Below, in pieces: positions 9,722-26,127 of a DNA stretch of 41,825 bases. Below the pieces are notes generated by a model. It did not search any database and was not told where the DNA came from. It saw nothing but the letters and a program-made list of their open reading frames with translations. The position numbers and the translations under genes are program-made. How positions within the stretch are numbered: the first letter of the stretch is position 1; every line of letters starts with the position of its first letter. Source of the DNA: Kofleriaceae bacterium (GTDB lineage: Bacteria > Myxococcota_A > Polyangia > Haliangiales > Haliangiaceae); the NCBI GenBank assembly GCA_044230415.1, contig JBGARE010000037.1:64001-105825 (forward strand). Direction: 5' to 3'.

Positions 9722-11096
9722 TCAGAACAGGAACTGACCTTCGACGCCGACGACGAGGCCGAAGTTGTCCTGCGACAGGTAGCGATGGCCGACGAGATCG
9801 ATGCGCTGGCTGTGGAGCGGGTTGACCTCGTCGGTGCCCGGGTTGACCACGTCGTTGTCGCTCTCCTCGCAGCCGGCGTTGCTGCCGGTGCACGTGGGGC
9901 GATCGATGCCCGCGTCCGCGAACGTGATGACGTGGTCGGTCTTCCACGAGACATCGACGGTGGCAGCGAACCGCACGTGCTTGCCGAGAGCCGCGCGGAT
10001 CGCGAAGCGACCGGCGGTCTCGAGATAGTTCTCGACGTTCGAGATGCCGGGGTGGTTCAGCTGCTGGACGCCCGGGTCGGTCGGATCCTCGTCGAGGACG
10101 AGCTGCGGCGTGATCGCGGTGTTGCCGCTATCGCCGGCGAACGCGAACACTTCCCACATCTCGGTGTACTGGCGACCTTCGAAGTGCCCCGCGATGCGAG
10201 CCCCCGCGTCGAGGCTGATCCGGTTGCCCGTGAGCTTGTCGTCGACGGCGAACACTTCGACGCCGAACGCGACGCCGCCTTCCTGTGGAGGACGTGCGTT
10301 CGTGACGCCGAACCCGAGGTCCTCGTTGTAGAGCGAGGCGGTCTTCGCGGTGAGCGGCACCTGGTAGTACAGACCGAACCAGCCCTCGGTGTGCTCGAAC
10401 TGGCGATCGACGGTGGTCCACAGGCGGAGCTCGTGGACGCCGCGGCCGACCGACGTGTTTCGCGTCGGGTTGTTCGCGGAGAAGCTCATGATGCCGCCGA
10501 TGGCGAGCCGGAGCTCGGCGCCCATCTTCCACGTCGGCTTCGTGTCGTCGCGGCGCTGGTTCATCGGCGCGACGTTGAGGCCGAGGTTGACCTGGTCGAG
10601 GCCGGAGCGCGCGACGCCGCGGAACACCATCGAGCCGGGTGGGGCGGCGGTGGGGTCGCGCGCGTCGAAGCCGGCCATCGGCAAGAAGCCATCACGCAGC
10701 GTGCTCGACTGATCGCGGCCGACACCGCCGGCGAGCTCGAGCTCGCGTGACTGCGTGATGATGATCGGCAGGCTCGCCGACAGCCACGTGTCGCGGACCA
10801 CGCCGAGCTCGATGCGCGGCGTGAGCACGTGGCGGAACTGGTGGAACTTGAGGTCCTGCTTGCGCGGGATGCCACCGTCGGGGTCGACGTCGGTGCCGCC
10901 GATCTGCTCGCGCGTCACCGCGGAGGAGTCGAGCTGGTACTCGTAGTCGAGGTACGCCTGCGCGGGTTGGTCACCCGCGGACGTCACCGCCGATGCGGGA
11001 TTCGCATCGGCGATCGTGGTGGCTCCCCCGACCCACAGGACCGTGCAGAAGACGAACGACGTGCGGCGCAGCACCGAGCGCACGTTATCACGCAAC

Positions 11097-11104
<8 letters not shown>
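9722..11104 (-). CDS. Outer-membrane beta-barrel protein (signal peptide; C-terminal ...GVEGQFLF with a terminal Phe).
   Basis: ORF track 460 aa. It has alternating amphipathic beta-strand pattern and a C-terminal aromatic OMP signature. Its start overlaps the upstream response-regulator stop by 8 nt. Confidence 0.65.
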
Positions 11105-12575
<1,471 letters not shown>

Positions 12576-12582
12576 GGGCTGG

Positions 12583-14913
<2,331 letters not shown>

Positions 14914-14981
14914 GCGCTCAGCATAGCGCCGGGCCGCTGGCGTCCACGGCCTTCACGTGGCCCATCGTGAGCCAGCGCGCG

Positions 14982-15209
14982 TCAGTAGTAGAAATAGGGA
15001 TCGATGCCGAAGAACGCGGGGTCCATGTTGCCCGAGGAGAAGCTGCACCCGCAGCTGTAGCAGTAGCTCGAGTAGCTATCGGTCACGGCCCCGCAGTTGT
15101 CGCACTCCCAGTAGCCATGGACGACGCCGCGCCCGCCGGACGCTTTTTGGAGAGCCGCGGTGTCGAGGGCTTTGGCGCGGAGAGCTGGCTTGCTACTGGG
15201 CCGTTTCAT
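14982..15209 (-). CDS. Small Cys-rich peptide (~75 aa) with a zinc-ribbon-like C-x2-C-x12-C-x2-C-x-C motif and an aromatic C-terminus (GNMDPAFFGIDPYFYY).
   Basis: Track ORF 14982..15224; start taken at MKRPSS. There is no signal peptide. Codon usage and local GC are lower than the surroundings. It sits 69 nt upstream of the 7TM histidine kinase on the same strand. Confidence 0.4.
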   Translation of the reverse strand: MKRPSSKPALRAKALDTAALQKASGGRGVVHGYWECDNCGAVTDSYSSYCYSCGCSFSSGNMDPAFFGIDPYFYY

Positions 15210-15359
15210 GGTGCCAGACGACAAAGCAGGATCAGGGCCAGCGCATGTCGGCGAAACTTCGAGCGTTGGGGCGTGATCAGATCGTGAAGGGGTGATCGAA
15301 CTGTAAACCCCGCGTGTGTGTGCGTTCCGTAGGTCGGCTCCATCGCATCTGCGTATAGT

Positions 15360-16715
15360 TTGCGCGTGGCACGTGCGACGAAAGCAGCGAGACCGACAGC
15401 GAAGCGTTCGACGACGTCGCGGGCCAAGCAGCCCGCGAAGCGACCGATAGCACGCGCGAAGTCAGCGAAGCCCGCGCGCAAGCCGGCGAGGGCGTCGAAG
15501 CCCGCAGCAACGTCGAAGCGCGCGACACCGGCGAAGCGGCCTGCAAGCAAACCGGCGAAGCAGGCGACGTTGGCGAAGTCGTCCAAGCCGGCGACGCAGG
15601 CGCCTCCGGCGAAGACGTCGAAGCCGGCGATCACGTCGAAGCCGGCGATGACGGCGATCTTCGTCGACGATCGCGGAGCGCAGGTGTGGGGGCCGTTCGA
15701 CGACGCCACGTCGTTCGAGGGCGGATATGCCGCCGTGAAGATCGGCGATCAGTGGGGGTTCATCGATGCGCGCGGGCGCACCGTCGTCGAGCCGCGGTTC
15801 GCGAAGATCGGCGAGTTGGGGAGCGGGGTCGCCGTGATTCGAGACGGCGCGAAGGCCGGGTACTTCGACATCGCGAGCGCTCGCTGGCTCGTCGAACCTC
15901 GGTTCGACTTCGCGCTCGGCTTCGTCGGTGACTACGCATCCGTGGTGATGGGCGGCGAGATCCCCGACTGGGCGGCATCGTTCCAGACACGGCCCGATGG
16001 CGGCAAGTGGGGCGTCATCGATCGCAGCGGCCAGATCGTGATCCCGATCGATCGCGGCCACGCGAGGGTCCACGACGGCATCGCCTACGTGAACGAGGGC
16101 GGGCGCGCGAGCGCGTGGGGGCACGCCTCTGGGGGGCGCAACTACTTCGTCGACCTCGCGACGAACGCTCGCATCGGCGACAACTACGCCTACGCGTCTC
16201 TGTTCGGCGAAGGATTGGCCTGCGTGCAGACCCGCGCGAACAACAAGGAGTGGCGGATCATCGACCGCGCGGCGGCCGAGGTCGGCCGCATCGACCCGAG
16301 CCTCGAGAAGTTCGCACCGCCCGAACCGTTCAGCCAGGGCCGCGCCGTCGTGAGTCCTCAAGGCAAGACGTCGCATCGATCGAAGTACGCGTTCATCACC
16401 AGCACGGGCTCGGTCGCCGCCGCGGATCTCGGCGAGGCGCACGCGTTCTGCGACGGACTCGCAGCCGTCAATCGCGGTGGAGAGAAGGTGCAGGGCGAGT
16501 GCAGGAAGGGGACCTGGGGCTTCCTGGCGCTCGACGGGAGCTTCGTGACGCGACCGGAGTGGGTCGAGACATCGGCGTTCTCCGAGGGGCGCGGCATCGC
16601 GAGGGCGAAGAACGAATATCTCGTCGTCGATCGCGCCGGCGACACCGTGTTCTCGATCCCGTTCTGGATCGCGCCGTATGCGAACGGCGTCGCGCTCGTT
16701 CGCCGACGCGCGTGA
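15360..16715 (+). CDS. WG-repeat (WG_beta_rep) protein with an N-terminal Lys/Ala/Pro-rich histone-H1/AlgP-like repeat region.
   Basis: Multiple '...G.WGFID/ GKWGVID / GTWGFLALDG' repeats. The N-terminal ~95 aa are KPA/AKR repeats (the true start may be the downstream MTAIFVDD). Confidence 0.7.
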   Translation: MRVARATKAARPTAKRSTTSRAKQPAKRPIARAKSAKPARKPARASKPAATSKRATPAKRPASKPAKQATLAKSSKPATQAPPAKTSKPAITSKPAMTAIFVDDRGAQVWGPFDDATSFEGGYAAVKIGDQWGFIDARGRTVVEPRFAKIGELGSGVAVIRDGAKAGYFDIASARWLVEPRFDFALGFVGDYASVVMGGEIPDWAASFQTRPDGGKWGVIDRSGQIVIPIDRGHARVHDGIAYVNEGGRASAWGHASGGRNYFVDLATNARIGDNYAYASLFGEGLACVQTRANNKEWRIIDRAAAEVGRIDPSLEKFAPPEPFSQGRAVVSPQGKTSHRSKYAFITSTGSVAAADLGEAHAFCDGLAAVNRGGEKVQGECRKGTWGFLALDGSFVTRPEWVETSAFSEGRGIARAKNEYLVVDRAGDTVFSIPFWIAPYANGVALVRRRA

Positions 16716-16724
16716 TAGCGTGCG

Positions 16725-18185
16725 TTGACCGTGATCCCGCGCGAGCTGCTCGTGAAACTTCCGGCGGTGACGGCGCTCGCCGACGCTGCCGCCGAGCACG
16801 GCAAGGCACCGCGCTGGGCGCTGATCGAAGCCGCGCGCCGCGCGATCGCGGCCAAGCGCAGCGCGATCCTGGGCACGTCGACGATCCCCGACGGCGGATC
16901 CGCGGCGCCGCCGATGAGCGCGACCGACGCGATCATCGACGCCGCCGAGGTCGCCGCCGCTGCCGCCGCGCTCGCGAAGCCAGCGCTGCGCAAGGTGATC
17001 AACGCGACCGGTGTCGTGCTGCACACGAACCTCGGGCGCGCGCCGCTGTCCGCCGACGCCCGCGCCGCGATCGACGACGCCGCCGGTGCCTACACGAACC
17101 TCGAGTACGACCTCGCGACGGGCGAGCGCGGATCGCGACACGATCATCTGCGCGGCCTGTTGTGCGATCTCACCGGCGCCGAGGACGCGCTCGTCGTGAA
17201 CAACAACGCGGCCGCGATGGTGCTGTGTCTGGCCGCGCTCGCGAGCGACAAGGAGATCATCGTCTCGCGCGGCGAGCTGATCGAGATCGGTGGATCGTTT
17301 CGCTTACCGGACATCCTCAAGCTGTCGCGCGGCGTGCTCGTCGAGGTCGGGACGACGAACAAGACGCATCGCAAGGACTACGAGAGTGCGATCCGCACCG
17401 CGCCACCGGCGGCGCGCGCGGCGTCGATGATCGGTCCCGCGAATCGCGCGACCGGCCTCTTGCTCAAGGTGCATCGCTCGAACTTCGCCATGGTCGGGTT
17501 CACGAGCGAGGTGTCCATCGTCGAGCTCGTCGAGCTCGGGCGCGCGCACAAGCTGCCCGTGATGGTGGACCTCGGCTCCGGTGCGCTCGTCGACAACGAT
17601 ACGCAACGCGCGTGGGGCTTGCCAGACGAGCCCACCGTCGCCGACGTGGTGTCGACGGGGGCGGACCTCGTGACGTTCTCTGGAGACAAGCTGCTCGGCG
17701 GCCCGCAGGCCGGCATCGTCGTCGGAACGCGCGAGGCGGTGGAAGCGGCGCGTGCGCATCCGCTGATGCGTGCGTTGCGCCCCGACAAGCTGACGCTCGC
17801 GGGACTCGCGGCCACGCTGTCCGCGTATCGCGATGGCAAGCCAACGGAGCTCCCCGCGCTGCGCATGCTATCGACCTCGGCGGATAACCTGAAGGTGATC
17901 GCCGATGCACTCAAGCGAACGATCGGGCCGGTCAAGGGACTGACGATCGTCGTCGAGGCGTGCACGTCCACCGTCGGTGGAGGCGCGATGCCGACCGCGG
18001 CGATCCCGTCGTTCGCCGTCACGATCAAAGGCGCGAGCGCGACCGCGATCGAGCGCGGCCTGCGCGCGGCGGGCATCGTGTCTCGCATCGACACGGGCCG
18101 CGTGTGGCTCGACCTGCGTACGATCGCGCCGGGCGAGCTCGGTGACGTCGCGGAAGCGGTGCGTGCGCTCGCTGCTCCCGAATAA
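16725..18185 (+). CDS. selA: L-seryl-tRNA(Sec) selenium transferase (selenocysteine synthase).
   Basis: Strong full-length similarity to SelA: NATGVVLHTNLGRAPLS, EYDLATGERGSRHDHLRGLLCDLTGAEDALVVNNNAAAMVL, SRGELIEIGGSFRLPDI, GTTNKTH, FSGDKLLGGPQAGIVVG, RALRPDKLTLA. Confidence 0.9.
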   Translation: MTVIPRELLVKLPAVTALADAAAEHGKAPRWALIEAARRAIAAKRSAILGTSTIPDGGSAAPPMSATDAIIDAAEVAAAAAALAKPALRKVINATGVVLHTNLGRAPLSADARAAIDDAAGAYTNLEYDLATGERGSRHDHLRGLLCDLTGAEDALVVNNNAAAMVLCLAALASDKEIIVSRGELIEIGGSFRLPDILKLSRGVLVEVGTTNKTHRKDYESAIRTAPPAARAASMIGPANRATGLLLKVHRSNFAMVGFTSEVSIVELVELGRAHKLPVMVDLGSGALVDNDTQRAWGLPDEPTVADVVSTGADLVTFSGDKLLGGPQAGIVVGTREAVEAARAHPLMRALRPDKLTLAGLAATLSAYRDGKPTELPALRMLSTSADNLKVIADALKRTIGPVKGLTIVVEACTSTVGGGAMPTAAIPSFAVTIKGASATAIERGLRAAGIVSRIDTGRVWLDLRTIAPGELGDVAEAVRALAAPE

Positions 18186-18271
18186 GCGATCCTCGGCTCG
18201 CGTACGCCGCACGCAAGGACAACGGTCAAGCGACGTACGTGCCGACGCCGTGACGATCACGTTCGGATCCG

Positions 18272-19948
<1,677 letters not shown>

Positions 19949-19951
19949 CTG

Positions 19952-20269
19952 TTGCGCCCCGCCAGCCTTGACCGCGCCGGGCTGGCCAGCGACGATCTAG
20001 CGATGGCCACTCTGATCGATAACCCGAAGCGCGCGCGCCAGCTCGCCCGCGCCATCGCGTCGGACTTGACCCTCTATCACGAGCCCAAGATCCTCGAAGG
20101 CATCAACAACGACAACCTGTTCGAGGTGATGGCCGACGAGATCAACGAAGGTCGCGAGTTGTTCAAGAGCCGCGTGACCGAGGACATCTTCGGCCAGCAC
20201 ATCTACGAGCGCGCGATCGTCGACGTGCTCGTGAAGTCCAAGGGTCACGTCAAATCGAAGATCTGGTAG
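19952..20269 (+). CDS. Small conserved hypothetical protein (the likely start is MATLIDNPKRARQLARAI at 20003).
   Basis: ORF track 105 aa. Its stop TAG is immediately followed by the rluD ATG (translational coupling). Lower GC; no recognisable family. Confidence 0.45.
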   Translation: MRPASLDRAGLASDDLAMATLIDNPKRARQLARAIASDLTLYHEPKILEGINNDNLFEVMADEINEGRELFKSRVTEDIFGQHIYERAIVDVLVKSKGHVKSKIW

Positions 20270-21265
20270 TTGGTCGATGATCCGCTAGTCGACCTGGGAG
20301 ACGACGACGACGAGGTCTACGAGCTCGTCGTCGACCCCGAGAATGCAGGCGGCCGGATCGATGCCGTGATCGCCGCGCAGGTCGAGTCGCTATCGCGCGC
20401 GGTCGCGCAGCGCTTGCTCGACGATGGCCGCGTCACGCTGAACGGCGTCGCCGTCGCGAAGGCCGGCACGAAGGTGAAGCAGGGGGATGCGATCGTCGTC
20501 CGCGTCCCGCCTCCCGAGCCGCTCGAGGTCCTGCCCGAGGACATCCCGCTCGTCGTGCTGTACGAGGACGCGGACCTGATCGTCATCGACAAGCCACCCG
20601 GCCTGGTCGTGCATCCCGCGCCGGGCCACACGAACGGCACGCTCGTCAACGCGCTGCTGTTCCACTGCAAGGACCTCTCGGGCATCGGCGGCGTGTTGCG
20701 CCCCGGCATCGTGCACCGGCTCGACAAGGACACGAGCGGCGTGATGGTCGCGACGAAGTCGGACCGCGCGCACACGGTGCTCGGTGCGGCGTTCAAGTCG
20801 AAGAGCACGGGGCAAGGCTCGACGATCCATCGCGCGTATCTCGCGATCGCGTCGCCGCCGCCGCCGCAGAAGCAGGGCACGCTGCGCACGCTGTACGGCC
20901 GGCATCCGATCCATCGCAAGAAGTTCTCGTCGAAGGTGGCGTCCGGAAAGTCCGCGGTGACGCACTACTCGATCGTCGAGATGCTCCACGCCTCGGCGAT
21001 CGTGGAGCTGCGGCTCGAGACCGGCCGCACGCACCAGATCCGCGTGCACGCGTCCGACCACGGCTGGCCGCTGATCGGCGATCCGGTCTACGGCCGCGTC
21101 TCGACCGACGAGCGTGTCGCGGCCGCGGCCACCGCGCTCGGCCGCCAAGCGCTGCACGCACACACGCTCGCGTTCGACCATCCCGTGACGGGGAAGCACC
21201 TGTCGTTCACGTCGCAACTGCCCGCGGACATGATCGCGACCCGTGACGCACTTCGCGGCGCATGA
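20270..21265 (+). CDS. rluD: RluA/RluD-family 23S rRNA pseudouridine synthase (S4 domain + PseudoU_synth_2).
   Basis: DKPPGLVVHPAPG, HRLDKDTSGVMVA (catalytic Asp), ETGRTHQIRVH, GWPLIGDPVYG. Confidence 0.9.
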   Translation: MVDDPLVDLGDDDDEVYELVVDPENAGGRIDAVIAAQVESLSRAVAQRLLDDGRVTLNGVAVAKAGTKVKQGDAIVVRVPPPEPLEVLPEDIPLVVLYEDADLIVIDKPPGLVVHPAPGHTNGTLVNALLFHCKDLSGIGGVLRPGIVHRLDKDTSGVMVATKSDRAHTVLGAAFKSKSTGQGSTIHRAYLAIASPPPPQKQGTLRTLYGRHPIHRKKFSSKVASGKSAVTHYSIVEMLHASAIVELRLETGRTHQIRVHASDHGWPLIGDPVYGRVSTDERVAAAATALGRQALHAHTLAFDHPVTGKHLSFTSQLPADMIATRDALRGA

Positions 21266-22155
21266 CGCGCGATCGTCGACGGAGCTTGTGCCGGCGGGCC
21301 AACACCGCCATCCTGGACCGAGTGCGGTACGTGCTCCTCGTTGGACTTCTGGGCTGCTATTCGCCGCAGCCGGTGCCGGGTGCGCCGTGCTCCTCGGATG
21401 GCTCGTGCCCGAGCGGGCTCGTGTGCGGCGCCGATGATCGGTGCGTGCTCCCCGGCGCGACCGACGCGCGACGAGACGACGCGCAGACCGATCCCGATGC
21501 GGCGACCGATGCGCTGATCGACGCCGCTGTCGATGCACCTCCCGGCGATGCCACGGGGCCGGTGCCCCAGCTGCTCCAGCAAGCGTTCAGCTTCGAGGCT
21601 CCGGCGACCACGCTCACGACGGCGTTCACGGTCGCGCCGACGGCGGGGCACGTCCTCGTCGCGGTCGCGGGATGTCCTTCGAACGCGCTGGCATCGATCT
21701 CCGGCGCCGCGACGACGTGGACACGCGCGGCGTTCGCGACCACGAACTCGAACATCGAGGTCTTCGTTGGCGTCGCGAACGGCGACAAGAGCGTGACGAT
21801 CACTCTCCCGACGTGCACGAGCCAGATGTCGCTCTCGATCAGCGAGTGGGACCACCTCGCCGCGATGCCGATCGACATCACGTCGGACGGCTCCGGGATC
21901 ACGAGTCCGGCGAGCGCGGGCTCCATCACCACGACCGGTGCGCCTCGCTTGATCCTGTTCTCGGTCGCGAACTACACGCCGAACACGTTCGGCACGCCGA
22001 GCGATGGCCCCTGGCAATCCCTCATGGCGATCAACGGTGCCGTCGAGATCCGCACGTGGTACCGGGTCGTCACGGCGACGGGAATGTTCGCACCGACGGT
22101 GAGCGAGACGCATCACGATTGGGATGCTGCGCTGGTGTCGTTGACCGCTCAGTGA
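21262..22155 (+). CDS. Secreted lipoprotein, hypothetical (Thr/Ala-rich).
   Basis: ORF track 297 aa. Lipobox LVGLLGCYS. Its start overlaps the rluD stop (ATGA). Confidence 0.55.
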   Translation: MTRDRRRSLCRRANTAILDRVRYVLLVGLLGCYSPQPVPGAPCSSDGSCPSGLVCGADDRCVLPGATDARRDDAQTDPDAATDALIDAAVDAPPGDATGPVPQLLQQAFSFEAPATTLTTAFTVAPTAGHVLVAVAGCPSNALASISGAATTWTRAAFATTNSNIEVFVGVANGDKSVTITLPTCTSQMSLSISEWDHLAAMPIDITSDGSGITSPASAGSITTTGAPRLILFSVANYTPNTFGTPSDGPWQSLMAINGAVEIRTWYRVVTATGMFAPTVSETHHDWDAALVSLTAQ

Positions 22156-22167
22156 TCGGCACGCCGC

Positions 22168-22716
22168 GTGCTCGTCTGGTGTCGAGTGCGCATCCTCCCC
22201 ATCGTCGTTGTACTCGGCTTCGCCACCGCCGCGTCGGCGGAGCCCGGATTCCGCCAGATCGGCGCGAGCTCGCGTCTGATCGGATGCACCAGCTGGGCGG
22301 CGATATCGTGCGATAGCACCACGCAGACACGGCTCGGCCTGACCATCGTGGACCTCCAGTGGCGCCGCACGCGTGGACTCGCACCCGTGGCGATGTTTCA
22401 GGCGGCGGGCCGCACGGCCGAGCATCGGCTGTTCTCGCAGGTGATCGTCGGTGCGGGCCTTCGGCTCGACCGTGGTCGCTGGTTCGTTCAAGGTGGGCCG
22501 GGTATCGCCGCATGGCGCTTCGGCCTCGGGCCCAAGACGATCACGACGCGACAGATCCTCGACCGCGCGGTGCCCGCACTGCTGGGCGGAATCGGACTGC
22601 GCGTGCTGTGGAACGAGGATCCCGTCGAGATCTCGGTCGATGCCGGCATCGCGATGTGGTCCGAGGACGATCTGCGCGTGAAGCAGATCACCGCGAGCCT
22701 CACGCGCAAGTTCTGA
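22168..22716 (+). CDS. Small secreted outer-membrane beta-barrel-like protein (signal peptide; C-terminal ...TRKF).
   Basis: ORF track 182 aa. Signal VVVLGFATAASA, amphipathic strands, and a terminal Phe. Confidence 0.5.
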   Translation: MLVWCRVRILPIVVVLGFATAASAEPGFRQIGASSRLIGCTSWAAISCDSTTQTRLGLTIVDLQWRRTRGLAPVAMFQAAGRTAEHRLFSQVIVGAGLRLDRGRWFVQGGPGIAAWRFGLGPKTITTRQILDRAVPALLGGIGLRVLWNEDPVEISVDAGIAMWSEDDLRVKQITASLTRKF

Positions 22717-22856
22717 AGCGCTCGCTACCGTCCGACCGCCGGACAGCGCGTCCGGAATCCGGCCGGACACCGGACATCGCGCGTGCTCGCGCATAGCAAT
22801 CTCGCGCGATTGGCGCAGATCGCTCGCGGCACGCTCGCTGCAAATCGCGCCGCGCC

Positions 22857-23909
22857 ATGCACCTCACATCGCTCGTCTCGCTTGTCCGTCTCGCATTCAT
22901 CGCGCTCGTCGCCTCCGCGTGTTCGCCCGAACCGAATGATCAGGTCGCTGCGCCGGACGCCGCCGCACCGCGCGCTCCGCTCGATCCGAGCGGCACGTTC
23001 GTCGCGCACAGCACGTACGCGCTCGCGGCTCCACCACCGCAGCTCGCACCGCTGCTCGCCGAGCTATCGGCCGCGACCGACGGCATCGACGATCCGAGCG
23101 GCTACCTCGTGGACCTCGTCGTCGCCGAGCTGCCGGAAGGAACGGCGCGAACGATCGGCTCGGCGCTCGCGCCGTACGTCGCGTGGTACGTGAACAGCCG
23201 GCTGTCGGAGTTCGCGCCGACCTTCGTTCCGAGCGTGCGTGCGATGGCGACCGGCGCGCAGCGCATCGCGACGCGGTTCGGGACGATCGAAGAGCTGCGG
23301 ATCGTCGCGGACGGCGAAGCGAAGACCGACGTCTCGGTCGCCCCGCCACGGACAGCGAGGGTACGTCGCACCATCGTCGGTGCGCAGTTCGATGAGGTCG
23401 CGATGCACTTCGATGACCTCGGTCTGCCCGATGCGACCATCGACACGAACGCGAGCGTCGAGACGTTCGCGTCGTCACGCGTGCCGGATCAGCTCGCGAT
23501 CGCGACGCACGAGGTCTCCGTTCCGTTCGCCGCGTGGTTCCGCGCGGGCTTCGATCGCGCGGTGGTTCCCACCGTCGTCCCCGGAGCGACCGATCTCGCG
23601 AGCGCGTTGCGTACGCTCGTGAGTTGCCCGCGCCTCGGCGTGTTGATCGCGGAGGCGCTCGAGGTGGGATCGCCGTCGCTCTACGCGCAGGCGTGCAGCC
23701 TCGGGCTCGGGGTCGGTGCGCGCGCGATCTACGAGCGGTTCCCGAGCGCGACCGACGCGCAGCGGTACCGGCTCGTGCTGACCGGCTCCGCGACCGCGCT
23801 CGACTACGACAAGGACGGCGTCATGGACTCGATCGCCGACGGCACGTGGACCGGTCGGCTCGACGACACCGCGGTCGGCGCCGCTTTTTTCGACGGAGCG
23901 TCGCGATGA
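22857..23909 (+). CDS. Lipoprotein, hypothetical.
   Basis: ORF track 350 aa. Signal + lipobox IALVASACS. Its stop overlaps the downstream Uma2 start (ATGA). Confidence 0.55.
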   Translation: MHLTSLVSLVRLAFIALVASACSPEPNDQVAAPDAAAPRAPLDPSGTFVAHSTYALAAPPPQLAPLLAELSAATDGIDDPSGYLVDLVVAELPEGTARTIGSALAPYVAWYVNSRLSEFAPTFVPSVRAMATGAQRIATRFGTIEELRIVADGEAKTDVSVAPPRTARVRRTIVGAQFDEVAMHFDDLGLPDATIDTNASVETFASSRVPDQLAIATHEVSVPFAAWFRAGFDRAVVPTVVPGATDLASALRTLVSCPRLGVLIAEALEVGSPSLYAQACSLGLGVGARAIYERFPSATDAQRYRLVLTGSATALDYDKDGVMDSIADGTWTGRLDDTAVGAAFFDGASR

Positions 23910-24529
23910 GCCGCGGTACATTCGCCCGCATGGCGTGGCACTACACGATCGCGGACTACGTGCGGCTGGAGGAGCGCTCGAACGTCAAGCACGAGTACAT
24001 CCGGGGCGAAATTCGGGTGATGGGTGCGGGTGCGGAAGACGACCGCGAGATCCGTGAGATGGGCGGTGGAACGATCGAGTACGCGAGGATCGGGATCGCA
24101 GTCGCCTACCTGCTGACCGACCAACTTCGGGGGCGGCCGTGCGCAGTCTACTCGTCCGACGCGCGAGTGCGTGTCGTCGCTTCGGACTTGATCACATATC
24201 CCGACCTCGTCGTCTGCTGCGGGTCTGTGCAGCAGGATGTCGACGATCGATGCGCCATCATCAATCCGAGGGTTGTCGTCGAGGTCACGAGCTCGTCGAG
24301 TGAGAGCTACAACCGAGGCGGGAAGCTAGACCACTACAAACTCGTTCCATCGATACTCGATGTCGTGATCGTCTCGCATCGCGACCGGTCCATCGAAGTC
24401 CATCACCGCACTGAAGAGGGTGAGTGGACAATCGAACGTGGGGGACCGGGCGAGAGCGTGCACGTGTCCTCGATCGGGTGCGTGCTCGACGTGGACGCGG
24501 TCTATCACGATCCGCTCGCGGCATCGTAG
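23906..24529 (+). CDS. Uma2-family (DUF820) putative restriction-endonuclease-fold protein.
   Basis: The start was computed at MSRGTFARMAWHYTIADYVRLEE (codon 125 of track ORF 23534..24529). The family-typical acidic core reads ...EYIRGEI..., DLVVC..., PRVVVEVTSSSS. Confidence 0.7.
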   Translation: MSRGTFARMAWHYTIADYVRLEERSNVKHEYIRGEIRVMGAGAEDDREIREMGGGTIEYARIGIAVAYLLTDQLRGRPCAVYSSDARVRVVASDLITYPDLVVCCGSVQQDVDDRCAIINPRVVVEVTSSSSESYNRGGKLDHYKLVPSILDVVIVSHRDRSIEVHHRTEEGEWTIERGGPGESVHVSSIGCVLDVDAVYHDPLAAS

Positions 24530-24541
24530 CGCCCGCCGCGG

Positions 24542-25897
<1,356 letters not shown>

Positions 25898-26127
25898 ATC
25901 TCGTGGGTATCACGCCGTCGCGCCTCGCGCGAGCAGCGGGTCACGCGAGCAGCGGGTACCGCATGATCGCGCTGGTGCCCCGCCGCATCGCCGTCTGCCA
26001 GTTGACGGCGCCCAGCCGCACTCGAGGACGATGCTCTTCTCCCGGATCGTCGCGACGAGCGATCGAGAGAGCGCGTCCGCGGGGTGAACCGACGATGTCC
26101 GGATCGAGCCTGTAACAGACGTATTCG

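Noticed and set aside
14982-15224. Small Cys-rich ORF as a RiPP precursor (leader ending ...QKASGG).
   Set aside because: No adjacent maturation enzymes (no YcaO, radical-SAM, LanB/C or peptidase-ABC exporter). It is kept only as a putative zinc-ribbon-like small protein.
18186-18271. Looked for tRNA-Sec or another tRNA in the intergenic regions flanking selA.
   Set aside because: No cloverleaf-compatible sequence could be recognised by eye (no GGAAG... 5' arm, T-loop GTTCRANYC, or CCA-proximal acceptor). Needs tRNAscan-SE to be certain.
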